Origin: an uncultured delta proteobacterium
Lineage (GTDB): Bacteria > Myxococcota > Myxococcia > Myxococcales > Anaeromyxobacteraceae
Direction of reading: 5' to 3'
DNA: 64,000 nucleotides
Assembly: GCA_963828255.1 (NCBI GenBank)
Contig: CAWHDZ010000007.1
Location: 32,001 to 96,000 of the forward strand
Shown: positions 22,317 through 35,993 of the stretch, piece by piece
How the letters are laid out: the number at the start of each line of letters is the position of its first letter
Numbering within the stretch: the stretch's first letter is position 1
The notes under the pieces: model-generated
The model's database searches: none
Told to the model about the DNA's origin: nothing
What the model saw: the letters and a program-made list of their open reading frames with translations, nothing else
Position numbers and translations under genes: made by a program

Positions 22317-23714
22317 ATGAACGCACGCGAATGGTCCCTCCGCATCGCCGACCTGCTCCGCCGGGAACGCGCCTCGGTCGTCGACGTCCTCCTCGCCCTC
22401 GCCGAGTTTGACCGGCTGGCTGTGTACCGGCAGCTCGGACACGCGAGCCTTTTCGACTTCCTTCACAAGGACCTGGGCCTGTCCCGGGGCATGGCCCACT
22501 ACAGGCTCACCGCCACCCGGCTGGTGGAGAGGTTCCCCGAGGTGATCGAACCCCTCCGGGACGGAAGGCTTTGCATGTCGAGCGTCGTCGAGCTGGCCCG
22601 GGTGATGACGGAGGAGAACCGGGCCGAGGTCGTGCCGAGGTTCTTCGACAAGTCTCGCCAGGAGGCGAAGCAGGTGGCGGCGGAGATCCGGCCGGCGGAG
22701 GTGGTGCCGGTGAGGACGGTGGTCACCCGCGGTCGAGGCAGTTCAACCGTTGAACTGGCGTTGATGGGGGTCAGTCCGGAGACTGTCCAGTCGAAGATGG
22801 AGCTGCCGGTCGCGCCAGCATCACGGACGGTGGTGGACCCGCTCACCCGGCACGAGACCCGGATGCACGTCACGGTATCGCCGGCGTTCATGACCTTGCT
22901 GAAGAAGGCCAGGGCGGGGCAGAGCCATGTCCAGCCCGGGGCGACCGACGAGCAGGTGCTCACCGCGGCGCTGGAACTGCTCATCGAGAAGCAGGGAAAG
23001 CGGAAAGCCTGCGTGCCGGCCAGGGTAAAGCGGGAAGTCGCGAAGAGGGACGAGGGAAAGTGCCAATGGAGGCTCGCGGACGGTGGGATCTGCGGCTCCA
23101 CGGTGCGGCTGGAGATCGATCACGTGGTGCCGCGGGGGAAGGGCGGACCATCGACGGTCGAGAACTGCAGGATCCTTTGCCGGTCCCATAACCTGGAAGC
23201 CGCCCGCCAGGCCTACGGCGACGCGCACATGGACCTGTTCACCCGTGGTGGATCACCCGGCTTCGCCCCGCTGGCCAGGGAGGACGTCGCCGTGTACGGG
23301 TCGGCGCCGGCGCCCCTTGCGCGTGCGTGGCGCTGGAATAGGATTCCGCCGCCCCGATGTCCAACCCGCCCGCACACCGAGCCCCCGCCCCGGGAGCCCA
23401 CCATCCCGCCCTCGACGGGCTTCGCGGCGTGGCGGTGCTCATGGTGCTCTCCTTCCACTTCCTGCACATCGACGGGGAGGGTGGGGTGGCGGAGCGGACG
23501 CTCCTCGCGGCCAGCCGGTCCGGGTGGGCCGGAGTGGACCTGTTCTTCGTCCTCTCCGGCTTCCTCATCACGGGCATCCTCCTCGACGCGCGGGACGCAC
23601 CCGGCTACTTCGGCGCCTTCTACGCCCGGCGGGTGCTGCGGATCTTCCCCCTCTACTACGCCTACCTGGCGGTGCTCTTCCTGGTCGTCCCGCTCCTCTC
23701 GTCACTCGACGTGA
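22317..23714 (+). CDS. HNH endonuclease with a DUF222-like N-terminal region; last ~135 codons probably non-conserved run-on
   Basis: RDEGKCQW...CGSTVRLEIDHVVPRGKGGPSTVENCRILCRSHN; more A/T-ending codons than flanking genes. Confidence 0.8.
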   Translation: MNAREWSLRIADLLRRERASVVDVLLALAEFDRLAVYRQLGHASLFDFLHKDLGLSRGMAHYRLTATRLVERFPEVIEPLRDGRLCMSSVVELARVMTEENRAEVVPRFFDKSRQEAKQVAAEIRPAEVVPVRTVVTRGRGSSTVELALMGVSPETVQSKMELPVAPASRTVVDPLTRHETRMHVTVSPAFMTLLKKARAGQSHVQPGATDEQVLTAALELLIEKQGKRKACVPARVKREVAKRDEGKCQWRLADGGICGSTVRLEIDHVVPRGKGGPSTVENCRILCRSHNLEAARQAYGDAHMDLFTRGGSPGFAPLAREDVAVYGSAPAPLARAWRWNRIPPPRCPTRPHTEPPPREPTIPPSTGFAAWRCSWCSPSTSCTSTGRVGWRSGRSSRPAGPGGPEWTCSSSSPASSSRASSSTRGTHPATSAPSTPGGCCGSSPSTTPTWRCSSWSSRSSRHST

Positions 23715-24586
23715 AGGCGGGGACCCAGGGCTGGCTCTGGACCTACCTGGGCAACGTGCTCTTCGCGCGCGAGGGGGGCTTCGAGGCCAGCCCCTACACC
23801 GGCCACTTCTGGTCGCTGGCGGTGGAGGAGCAGTTCTACCTGGCCTGGCCGCTCGTGGTCTGGGTGCTTCCCCGGAGGAGGCTCGCGCTGGTCTGCCTGG
23901 GGCTCGTGGCCGGCGCCTTCGCGCTCAGGCTGGGAATCCACCGGACCACGTTCAACGCGACGGCCGCCTACGTCCTCACCCCGGCCCGCATGGACGCGCT
24001 GGCCCTGGGGGCGCTCGTGGCCGTCGCGGCGCGCGAGCCGTCCTGGTGGCCGCGGGTCCGCCGGGGCGCGCCCTGGCTGCTCGCCGCATCGGCGGCCGCG
24101 GTGGCCGCGGTCTGGGTCCACCAGGGCGGGCTCTTCGGCGGCGACCCGGTGGTGCAGGTCTGGGCCTTCGGGCCGCTGGCGGCCGGATTCGCGGCGCTGG
24201 TCGTGCTGACCGTGGATCCCGCGCCGTCCTCCCGGCTCTCCCGGACCCTCTCCCGCCCGTGGCTGCGCGGCGCCGGCAAGTACAGCTACGGGCTCTACGT
24301 CCTGCACTATCCGATCTTTCTCGGGCTGGAGGCCGCCGGCCTCACGTCGCTGGCCCTGTCCGGCGCGACGGGGAGCCGGCTCGCAGGGGTCCTCGCCTTC
24401 GCGGCGGTGGCCGGCCTCGCCACGTTCACGGCCGCGCTCCTCTCCTGGAACCTCCTCGAGAAGCCCTTCCTGCGCTGGAAGGACCGCGTGCCCTACGGGC
24501 ATCCCCCGTCGGCTAGCCGCGCACCAGCCGCCTCCACACCCAGACCTCCGCCGGCGGTGTCTCACCCCGCCGCACCACCAGCCTGA
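23357..24586 (+). CDS. acyltransferase family 3 (OafA-like)
   Basis: LDGLRGVA, GVDLFFVLSGFLIT, RIFP, WSLAVEEQFY, SYGLYVLH. Confidence 0.93.
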   Translation: MSNPPAHRAPAPGAHHPALDGLRGVAVLMVLSFHFLHIDGEGGVAERTLLAASRSGWAGVDLFFVLSGFLITGILLDARDAPGYFGAFYARRVLRIFPLYYAYLAVLFLVVPLLSSLDVKAGTQGWLWTYLGNVLFAREGGFEASPYTGHFWSLAVEEQFYLAWPLVVWVLPRRRLALVCLGLVAGAFALRLGIHRTTFNATAAYVLTPARMDALALGALVAVAAREPSWWPRVRRGAPWLLAASAAAVAAVWVHQGGLFGGDPVVQVWAFGPLAAGFAALVVLTVDPAPSSRLSRTLSRPWLRGAGKYSYGLYVLHYPIFLGLEAAGLTSLALSGATGSRLAGVLAFAAVAGLATFTAALLSWNLLEKPFLRWKDRVPYGHPPSASRAPAASTPRPPPAVSHPAAPPA

Positions 24587-26390
24587 CACGGGTGTCCTCC
24601 GGGCCGCGGATCAGATCCACCGCGCCGGCCAGGCCGAGCTCGGAGACGGGGCGCCCCTCCACCGTGAGGATCTCGTCCCCCGCCGCGAGCCCCGCCTCCG
24701 CCGCCCCGCCCCCGGGGATGACGGCGGTGACGCGCAGCGACGATCTGCCTTGCCGCGCCAGCGAGGCGCCGATGCCGGCCAGCTCCACGCGCGGCTCCTC
24801 CCCCTCGGCCACGGGGGTGAGCTTCACCTCGACCGGACCGGCCACCCCGCCGTCGGGGACCTCGATGCCGGTGACGATGCGGGAGTGGTGGCCGTCGGCG
24901 GCCACGTGGAGGGACACCGTCCGGACCGGCAGCCCGGCGACCAGGAAGGAGCCGTCCGCCCCGGCCAGGGCCGTCGCCCCCGGGTCGAGCACGGACGGCT
25001 CGCCCCCGCCGTCGCCCTCGAGCGCGATCCGCGCGCCGGGCAGCGCCTGGCCGGTGGCCCGGTCGGTCACCCGCCCCGAGATGCGCCCACCCTGGGCCAG
25101 GTGGAGATCCACCTCGGCGACGCCGGGGTGATCGGGGACCGTCGCCTCCACCTCGGGGGAGGGGACGTGGCCCGGGGCGGAGGCGGTGATCACCACCGGC
25201 CCGGGCGGCAGGTCGGCGAGCGCGAAGCGCCCCGATGCGTCCACCACGGTGGTGGCGCGCAGGAGGAGCTTCCAGCCGCGGCCGCCGCGCCGGACCTCCA
25301 CGCGGAAAGGGGCGAGGGGGCGGCCCGTCCCGGCCTCCCGCACCACGCCGGCCAGCGTTCCTCCCCGGGTGAGCTCGACGGTCGCCTCCTCGCCCGCGCG
25401 CGCCACCACCGCCCGCGCCTGGGCGAAGCCTTCCCGCGACGCGGCCAGCAGGTGGCGGCCGGGGCCCAGGTCACTCAGGGTGAATCGACCCTCGGCGTCG
25501 GAGGTGGCCTGGGCCGCCACCAGGTCCTCGGCGGATCCCGGGCCGCCCCGGAGGAGCAGCCGGGCGGAGACCAGCGCGCCGTCCACGGGAGCGCCCCCGG
25601 AGAGGACGCGGCCGGTGATCCGCGCGAGGCCGTCCTGGGTCGTGGCGGCGCCCAGCTTCACCACCACGCGCCGGGTGCTCCGGGCCGCGAGGTCGAGCGT
25701 GACCCGCCCGGGCGCGAACCCGGCGTGGCGGGCCTCGAGCGTGGCGCCGTCGGAGGCGGAGAGGGTGAAGGCGCCGGCCGGGCCGCTCGTCGCGCGCTCC
25801 GCGGAGGGCATGAGCGCACGGTCGCCGGTGTCGCCGCCGATCACGCGGACCTCCGCCCCCTCGACCGGACGCCCTCCCGGGTCCTCCACCCGCCCGGAGT
25901 ACGGGACCAGCGGCTCCAGCCAGAGCGAGAGGCCGCGCACCCGCTCCCCGGGACGGGCGTCCAGCACCACGGGGCTGTGCCCCCACTCCGGCGCGAACGG
26001 GGAGTGGCCCGGCGCCGAGGCGGCGGCGAGTTGCCAGCGCCCCGCCTCGGGCGGCTCGAACCGGAAGGAACCGTCGGCGGCGCAGCGGACCGAGGCGGCT
26101 GCCCCGCCGCGGGAGAAGGTGACCTCCGCGCCGGGGAGCCCGGCCGCGGTGCCCCGGGAGCGGACCGTGCCCTCGAAGGCGCCGCGGGGGGCTGGGGGAT
26201 TGGAGGGCGGGGCGGCCGCGGAGCCCGGCTCGAACGTGGAGGGCGGCGCGGTTGCGGACCCGACGGGAGCGCCGGCACGGGTGGTTCCGGCGGCCTCCCC
26301 GTCCGGGTTCCCCCGGGGCCGGAGCCAGAGGGCCAGGAGCACGAGGAGGGCGGCCCCGGCGAGGGCGGCGAGTGCCTGGCGGCGGCGCAT
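24513..26390 (-). CDS. membrane-anchored protein with carboxypeptidase-regulatory-like repeats and a C-terminal PDZ domain
   Basis: N-terminal TM, repeated G-x-V/G-x-F modules, AGIGASL...AAEAGLAAGDEILTVEG. Confidence 0.8.
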   Translation of the reverse strand: MRRRQALAALAGAALLVLLALWLRPRGNPDGEAAGTTRAGAPVGSATAPPSTFEPGSAAAPPSNPPAPRGAFEGTVRSRGTAAGLPGAEVTFSRGGAAASVRCAADGSFRFEPPEAGRWQLAAASAPGHSPFAPEWGHSPVVLDARPGERVRGLSLWLEPLVPYSGRVEDPGGRPVEGAEVRVIGGDTGDRALMPSAERATSGPAGAFTLSASDGATLEARHAGFAPGRVTLDLAARSTRRVVVKLGAATTQDGLARITGRVLSGGAPVDGALVSARLLLRGGPGSAEDLVAAQATSDAEGRFTLSDLGPGRHLLAASREGFAQARAVVARAGEEATVELTRGGTLAGVVREAGTGRPLAPFRVEVRRGGRGWKLLLRATTVVDASGRFALADLPPGPVVITASAPGHVPSPEVEATVPDHPGVAEVDLHLAQGGRISGRVTDRATGQALPGARIALEGDGGGEPSVLDPGATALAGADGSFLVAGLPVRTVSLHVAADGHHSRIVTGIEVPDGGVAGPVEVKLTPVAEGEEPRVELAGIGASLARQGRSSLRVTAVIPGGGAAEAGLAAGDEILTVEGRPVSELGLAGAVDLIRGPEDTRVRLVVRRGETPPAEVWVWRRLVRG

Positions 26391-26437
26391 GGTCGTGGGA
26401 GCCTACACCCGGCCGCCCGGTGCGCGTGGCGATGGCG

Positions 26438-26479
26438 TTGACGAGGGCGCCCCCTCCGTGTTAATCCGTTCATCCGGAT
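26438..26479 (+). promoter_or_regulatory. sigma70-type promoter overlapped by a putative SahR operator
   Basis: TTGACG at 26438, GTTAAT at 26460, palindrome ATCCG-N6-CGGAT at 26464-26479. Confidence 0.65.
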
Positions 26480-26485
26480 AAGCGA

Positions 26486-27436
26486 ATGGAATCGGCGACG
26501 GCACGACCCGAGGGGCTCTTCGGCTGGATGGAGGGGCTGGCAGACCCGACCCGGCTCAGGCTCCTCCACGTCCTGGAGCGGCACGAGCTCGGGGTGGCGG
26601 AGCTCTGCGAGGTGCTCCAGCAGCCCCAGTCCACCGTCAGCCGCCACCTCAAGATCCTCTCCTCCCAGGGCTGGATCGAGGTCCGGCGCCACGGCCAGAA
26701 CCGGCTCTACCGGATGTCCGGCGAGGTCGACCCGGCCGCCCGGCGCCTCTGGAAGGTGGCCCGCGGTGAGAGCGAGCGGTGGGCCACCCTCGCCCAGGAC
26801 CAGCTCCGGCTCGATCGCCGGCTCAAGGAGCGGCGCGGCGGAGGGGACGACTTCTTCGCCGGCGCGGCCGGTGACTGGGACCGGCTGCGGGCCGAGTGGT
26901 ACGGCGCCGGGTTCGGCGTCTCGGCCCTCGTCGCGCTCCTGCCGCCGGGATGGACCGTCGCCGACCTGGGCTGCGGCACCGGCGCGCTCACCGCGGCGCT
27001 CGCGCCCGACGTGGCCCGGGTGGTGGGGGTGGACCGCTCCGCCGACATGCTGCGCTCGGCCCGCCGCCGCACCGCCGGGCTCGGCAACGTGGAGCTGCGG
27101 CGCGGCACCCTCGAGGAGCTGCCCCTCGACGACGCCTCCTGCGACGCGGCCCTGCTCGTGCTCTCGCTGGGCTGGGTGGCCGACCCGGCCCGCGCCCTCT
27201 CCGAGGCGGCCCGGGTGCTGCGCCCGGGCGGCCGCGTCGCGCTCGTGGACGCCGTGCTCCACGACGACGAGGATTTCCGCCGCCGCGCCGGCCAGGTCTG
27301 GCCCGGCTTCGAGCCGGTCCGCGTCGTCGAGATGCTCGGGGCCGCCGGGTTCGCCGACGCCACCTGCCGCCCCCTCCCTCCCGAGCCCGCCGCCAAGGGG
27401 CCCGCGCTGCTGCTGGCCCGTGCACGCCGCCCCTGA
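26486..27436 (+). CDS. sahR: ArsR-HTH/methyltransferase-domain regulator (SahR-type)
   Basis: [29 protein letters not shown]; directly upstream of ahcY. Confidence 0.85.
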   Translation: MESATARPEGLFGWMEGLADPTRLRLLHVLERHELGVAELCEVLQQPQSTVSRHLKILSSQGWIEVRRHGQNRLYRMSGEVDPAARRLWKVARGESERWATLAQDQLRLDRRLKERRGGGDDFFAGAAGDWDRLRAEWYGAGFGVSALVALLPPGWTVADLGCGTGALTAALAPDVARVVGVDRSADMLRSARRRTAGLGNVELRRGTLEELPLDDASCDAALLVLSLGWVADPARALSEAARVLRPGGRVALVDAVLHDDEDFRRRAGQVWPGFEPVRVVEMLGAAGFADATCRPLPPEPAAKGPALLLARARRP

Positions 27437-27480
27437 CCTCGTTACCAGAACCCCCAACGACAGAAGGAAGGAACACCAGC

Positions 27481-28950
<1,470 letters not shown>

Positions 28951-28978
28951 GTCGCCACCCGCGCCGGAGGAGGAAGCC

Positions 28979-29476
28979 ATGGCCGAAGAGAAGATCCCCG
29001 GACCCCCGCCGTCGGAGCTCGCCCCCGGCGCCTTCGAGCTGCTCGCCGCCGGCAGGGCCGGCGTCCTCTCCACGCTGTCGGCCCGCAAGCCGGGCTGGCC
29101 GGCGGGGTCGCTGGTCTCCTACGCCCTCGACGGCGTGGGGCGGCCCATCTTCCTCTTCACCGAGCTGGCCCAGCACACCCGCAACCTCCGGACCGACCCG
29201 CGCGCCTCGCTCTTCGTCCAGGAGGCGGGGGCGCGAAATCCGCAGTCGTCCGGGCGGCTGGCCCTGCTGGGGACGCTCACCGAGGTCCCGGGGGGAGAGA
29301 TGTCGGAGGCCCGCGACCGGTACGTGGCCGTCCACCCGGAGGGAAAGTCCTTCGCCGAGCTGGGGGATTTTCTCTTCTGGCACATGAACGTCGAGGACGT
29401 GCACGTCGTGGGGGGCTTCGCCAAGGCCGGCTGGATGTCCTGGCAGGAGTTTCGCGAGAACGCCGCCGGGAAGTGA
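28979..29476 (+). CDS. pyridoxamine 5'-phosphate oxidase-like (HugZ/CREG-type) protein
   Basis: GVLSTLS, LAQHTRNLRTDPRASL, VGGFAKAGW. Confidence 0.8.
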   Translation: MAEEKIPGPPPSELAPGAFELLAAGRAGVLSTLSARKPGWPAGSLVSYALDGVGRPIFLFTELAQHTRNLRTDPRASLFVQEAGARNPQSSGRLALLGTLTEVPGGEMSEARDRYVAVHPEGKSFAELGDFLFWHMNVEDVHVVGGFAKAGWMSWQEFRENAAGK

Positions 29477-29509
29477 CGCAAGGGCGGAGCCGGGTTAAGA
29501 AGTCGCACC

Positions 29510-30904
29510 ATGTCCAACCCGACCGATCGCGCCCTCGAGCACTACCGGACCCACGCCGCCTCCTACCTGGAGGATCTGAAGGCCCTGGTCCGCATCCCCA
29601 GCGTCTCCTTCGTGGGTTTCCCCACCGAGCCGGTCCGCAAGAGCGCCGAGGCCACCGCCGACCTCCTGCGCCGCCGCGGCTTCACGAAGGTCGAGATCCT
29701 CGAGGTCGAGGGCGCCCACCCCTACGTCTTCGGCGAGTCGATCGTGGACCCCAAGGCCCCGACCGTCCTCCTCTACGCCCACCACGACGTCCAGCCGGCC
29801 GGCGACGAGCAGATGTGGACCACGCCGCCGTTCGAGCCCGCCGAGCGGGACGGCCGCCTCTTCGGCCGCGGCGCCGCCGACGACAAGGCCGGCATCCTGA
29901 TCCACGCCGCCGCCGCCGACTCCTGGGTCCGCGGGGCCGGCGCGCTCCCGCTCAATCTCAAGGTGGTGATCGAGGGGGAGGAGGAGGTCGGAAGCGACCA
30001 CCTGCCCCAGTTCATCGCGAAGTACCGGAGCCGGCTCGACGCCGACGCGGTGGTCCTCACCGACACCTCCAACGTGGACGCCGGCGTCCCCTGCGTCACC
30101 ATCGCCCTGCGCGGCCTGGTGGTGGCCGAGGTCGAGGTCCGGGCGCTGGAGCAGAGCGTCCACTCCGGCATGTGGGGCGGCCCCATTCCCGACCCGGTGG
30201 TGGCGCTCGCCAAGATGATCGCGCCGCTGGTGGACGCGGACGGCCGCATCGCCATCCCCGGCATCTACGACAAGGTCCGGCCGCTCTCGCCCGCCGAGAA
30301 GCGGGCCATCGAGCTCCTGCCCGTCTCGCCCGAGGAGTTCCGCCGGCAGTCCGGCATGCGCCCGGGAGTGAAGCTGCTGGGCGACGCCCACCCCCTCGAG
30401 ACCAACTGGTGGCAGCCCTCCTTCGGCGTGAACGCCATCCAGGCCTCCAGCCGGAAGGACGCCCGCAACATCGTGAACGACGTGGCCTGGGCCCGCATGG
30501 GCATCCGGCTGGTGCCCGACATGGAGCCGGCCGACGTCGCGCGGCGGCTCGAGGAGGCGCTCCGCAAGAACGCCCCCTGGGGCGTCGAGGTCAAGATCAA
30601 CATCCAGAGCCACGGCCCTGCCTGGAAGACCGACGTCTCCCACCCGGCCTTCCAGGCCGCCTTCCGGGCGCTCGAGAAGGGCTTCGGCCGGGAGCCGCTG
30701 GCCATCGGCTGCGGCGGCAGCATCGGCTTCGTCGAGCCCTTCGTGAAGGCGCTGGGCGGCGTGCCGGCGCTGCTCGTCGGGGTCGAGGACCCGAAGTCGA
30801 ACGCCCACTCGGAGAACGAGAGCCTCAACCTGGCCGACTTCCAGGCCTCGATCCGCAGCGCCATCGTCCTCTACGGCGAGCTGGCCCAGGCGCTCGCGCG
30901 TTAG
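29510..30904 (+). CDS. M20-family metallo-dipeptidase
   Basis: YAHHDVQP, GRGAADDKAG, EGEEEVGS, AHSENE. Confidence 0.92.
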   Translation: MSNPTDRALEHYRTHAASYLEDLKALVRIPSVSFVGFPTEPVRKSAEATADLLRRRGFTKVEILEVEGAHPYVFGESIVDPKAPTVLLYAHHDVQPAGDEQMWTTPPFEPAERDGRLFGRGAADDKAGILIHAAAADSWVRGAGALPLNLKVVIEGEEEVGSDHLPQFIAKYRSRLDADAVVLTDTSNVDAGVPCVTIALRGLVVAEVEVRALEQSVHSGMWGGPIPDPVVALAKMIAPLVDADGRIAIPGIYDKVRPLSPAEKRAIELLPVSPEEFRRQSGMRPGVKLLGDAHPLETNWWQPSFGVNAIQASSRKDARNIVNDVAWARMGIRLVPDMEPADVARRLEEALRKNAPWGVEVKINIQSHGPAWKTDVSHPAFQAAFRALEKGFGREPLAIGCGGSIGFVEPFVKALGGVPALLVGVEDPKSNAHSENESLNLADFQASIRSAIVLYGELAQALAR

Positions 30905-30975
30905 CTGCTTCCCGGAGCGACCCGGCGCGGTAACATCACGCCCTTCCCCGGGACTTCCCGGAGGTGAGGAGATCG

Positions 30976-33495
<2,520 letters not shown>

Positions 33496-33513
33496 CCGCC
33501 GTCCGGCCGGGGG

Positions 33514-33858
33514 CTACCGCCGCGGCGTCCAGCCGAAGCGTGCCAGCGAGACGCGACCCCGCTCGTCCACCGCGACGCCCTCGCCCTCGAGGAGGGCCCG
33601 CTGCACGGCCGAGCCCATGGGGTCGAGGATGGAGATGGCGGCCAGGGCGCGCGGGCGGCTGCCCAGCACGCGCTGCCAGGGGATGCGGTGCCGGGCGCCC
33701 CGCAGCGCCGAGAGTGCGTAGCCCACCTGGCGGGCCGCGCGCGGCTTTCCGGCCAGCATCGCCACCTGGCCGTAGGTCGCCACGCGGCCGCGCGGGATCC
33801 GCGAGACCACGGCGTAATACGCCCGCCAGCCAGCCGGAGGAGCCCCCCGACGCGGCAT
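33514..33858 (-). CDS. alkyltransferase-like (Atl/YbaZ, MGMT family) protein
   Basis: IPRGRVATYGQVA, ARQVG, PWQRV (Trp in place of the catalytic Cys); start uncertain. Confidence 0.85.
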   Translation of the reverse strand: MPRRGAPPAGWRAYYAVVSRIPRGRVATYGQVAMLAGKPRAARQVGYALSALRGARHRIPWQRVLGSRPRALAAISILDPMGSAVQRALLEGEGVAVDERGRVSLARFGWTPRR

Positions 33859-33917
33859 CCCGCCCGGGGCGGTCCGGTTTCGCTTGCCAACCACCCCTTC
33901 GTCATTACGCTGAGCGG

Positions 33918-34499
33918 ATGAACATTGCACGACTCCCGCTCGCAGTCCTCGCCGCCGTCGCCCTCGCCGGTTGCGGCGTCCAGTCCATCCCGCAGGCAAA
34001 CAACGCCGTGGCCGGATCCTGGGCCGAGGTCGAGAACCAGTACCAGCGCCGCGCCGACCTGGTGCCGAACCTGGTCGAGACGGTCAAGGGCTACGCCTCC
34101 CACGAGAAGGAGACGCTCGAGGGGGTCATGGCGGCGCGCGCCCAGGCCACCCAGGTGAAGCTCTCCGTCGACCAGCTCACCCCCGAGAACATGAAGAAGT
34201 TCGAGCAGGCCCAGAGCGGCCTCAGCATGGCGCTGGGCAAGCTGCTGGCGGTCTCCGAGGCCTACCCGAACCTGAAGGCGAACGAGAACTTCCGCGACCT
34301 TCAAGTTCAGCTCGAGGGCACCGAGAACCGCATCGCGGTGGCGCGCCGCCGCTACATCCAGTCGGTGCAGGACTTCAACAACCTGATCACGGTGCCGCCC
34401 ACCAGCTTCACCAACAGCCTCTTCTACCACCACGCCGCCAAGCCCCAGTTCGCGGCCACGACGCCCGGCGCCGCCGAGGCGCCCAAGGTGAAGTTCTAG
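33918..34499 (+). CDS. lemA: LemA family lipoprotein
   Basis: LAGC lipobox, YQRRADLVPNLV, EAYPNLKAN, LEGTENRI. Confidence 0.93.
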   Translation: MNIARLPLAVLAAVALAGCGVQSIPQANNAVAGSWAEVENQYQRRADLVPNLVETVKGYASHEKETLEGVMAARAQATQVKLSVDQLTPENMKKFEQAQSGLSMALGKLLAVSEAYPNLKANENFRDLQVQLEGTENRIAVARRRYIQSVQDFNNLITVPPTSFTNSLFYHHAAKPQFAATTPGAAEAPKVKF

Positions 34500-34509
34500 G
34501 GAGCGCGAC

Positions 34510-35301
34510 GTGACCCGCGGCCACGCGGCCGCCCTGGCCCTGCTGCTCCTCGTCGCCGCCCCGCCCGCCGCGGCCGAGGTGGCCGTGCCGCGCCTGACCG
34601 GCCCGGTGGTGGACCCGGCCGGCGCCATCGACGCGCGGTGGGAGCAGCGCCTCGCCGACCTGTCGCGCGCGGCGCGCGCCCAGAACAACGGGGCCGGGCC
34701 GCAGCTCCAGTACCTGGTGGTCTCCACCACCGAAGGCGAGGCCATCGAGGACTTCGCCATGCGGGTCGCCGACGCCTGGAAGCTCGGGACCAAGGGCAAG
34801 GACGACGGCGTCCTCGTGGTGGTCGCCGTGAAGGACCGCAAGGTCCGCATCGAGGTGGGCGGCGGGCTCGAGGGCGGGCTCACCGACGCCCAGTCCGGGA
34901 GGATCATCCGCACCGCCATCGTCCCGGCCTTCAAGCAGGAGCGCTACGGGGAGGGGCTCCACGCCGCCGGTCAGCAGATCCTGGGCGCGCTGGGCGCGCT
35001 CCCCGAGGGAATGTCGAAGGCCCAGGAGCGCCAGACCGTCGAGAAGGAGATCGGCGGCATCCCCATCCTGGGCGCCCTGTTCGCGTTCCTGTTCGGGCTC
35101 GGCTCGCCGGTCTTCATCCTGCTCGTCATCGCCTTCGTGATCGTCCGGGCGCTCCTCGGGGCCGGCCGGCACGGTCCGCGCGGCCCGTGGGGCGGTGGCG
35201 GGTTCGGCGGCGGCGGCTTCAGCAGCGGCGGTGGCGGTGGAGGAGGCTGGAGCGGCGGCGGCGGCGGCTTCAGCGGCGGCGGCGCCTCGGGGAGCTGGTA
35301 G
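34510..35301 (+). CDS. TPM domain protein with a Gly-rich tail
   Basis: VVDPAG, VRIEVGGGLEG, GGGFSGGGASGSW end. Confidence 0.9.
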   Translation: MTRGHAAALALLLLVAAPPAAAEVAVPRLTGPVVDPAGAIDARWEQRLADLSRAARAQNNGAGPQLQYLVVSTTEGEAIEDFAMRVADAWKLGTKGKDDGVLVVVAVKDRKVRIEVGGGLEGGLTDAQSGRIIRTAIVPAFKQERYGEGLHAAGQQILGALGALPEGMSKAQERQTVEKEIGGIPILGALFAFLFGLGSPVFILLVIAFVIVRALLGAGRHGPRGPWGGGGFGGGGFSSGGGGGGGWSGGGGGFSGGGASGSW

Positions 35302-35309
35302 GAGCGGCC

Positions 35310-35945
35310 ATGGCACTCGATTCCCTGATCCCCAAGGATGCCCAGGAGCGGATCGCCGCGGCGGTGCGCCGGGCCGAGTCCACCAGCACCGGCCAGGTGG
35401 TCCCGGTGGTGGTGGAGCGCTCGGAGCCCTACGAGGAGGCCCGCTGGATCGGCGCCATCGTGGGAGCTGCGCTGGCCACCCTGGCGGTGGAACTGCTGGT
35501 GAAGGACCCCACCGTGGCCGAGGTGCTGCTCTTCCAGGTCCTCTCCGGCGTGGTGGGCTGGCTCATGGGGCGGCTCCCGGCGGTGGAGCGGCTGCTGGCG
35601 GGCCGTCGGCACCAGGAGGAGGCGGTGCGGGGGCGGGCCGAGCAGGCCTTCTTCGAGCACGGCCTCCACCAGACCCGGGACGGCACCGGCGTGCTGGTCT
35701 TCGCCTCGCTGCGCGAGCACCGGGCGGTGATCATCGGCGACCGGGGCATCCACGCGCGCATGGGGGACGGGGAGTGGCAGCGGGCCGTGGACGCGCTGGT
35801 CGCGGGGATGCGCGGGGGCAAGCCCGGCCAGGGGTTCGAGGCCGCCATCGACCTCGTCGGCGCCCGGCTCGCCGAGCACTTCCCGAGGCGGGACGGGGAT
35901 CCCCGTTCCAACGAGCTCCCCGACGGGCTCAATCGCGGCCGCTGA
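35310..35945 (+). CDS. TPM-domain membrane protein
   Basis: AESTSTGQVV, TGVLVF, NELPD; third gene of the lemA-TPM-TPM cluster. Confidence 0.87.
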   Translation: MALDSLIPKDAQERIAAAVRRAESTSTGQVVPVVVERSEPYEEARWIGAIVGAALATLAVELLVKDPTVAEVLLFQVLSGVVGWLMGRLPAVERLLAGRRHQEEAVRGRAEQAFFEHGLHQTRDGTGVLVFASLREHRAVIIGDRGIHARMGDGEWQRAVDALVAGMRGGKPGQGFEAAIDLVGARLAEHFPRRDGDPRSNELPDGLNRGR

Positions 35946-35958
35946 CCCTCCGGGACTG

Positions 35959-35987
35959 TTGACAAGGCATCCGCCCGAACGGATAAG
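35959..35987 (+). promoter_or_regulatory. sigma70-type promoter with an ATCCG-N6-CGGAT palindrome
   Basis: TTGACA at 35959; palindrome at 35969-35984 with the same arms as the one upstream of sahR. Confidence 0.6.
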
Positions 35988-35993
35988 TCGGGC

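Noticed and set aside
21996..22499. 168-codon N-terminal extension of the histidine kinase in the ORF track
   Set aside because: Overlaps the HNH gene antisense and is not protein-like; a -10 element supports TTG at 21995
22317..23300. HNH gene as IscB/Cas9-like or group II intron-encoded protein
   Set aside because: No PLMP, split RuvC or reverse-transcriptase motifs visible; no CRISPR repeats nearby
27437..27480. SAH or SAM riboswitch before ahcY
   Set aside because: The gap is only 44 nt with no recognisable aptamer; a protein regulator is adjacent
35191..35298. GGC-rich low-complexity repeat
   Set aside because: Encodes the normal Gly-rich tail of TPM-domain proteins
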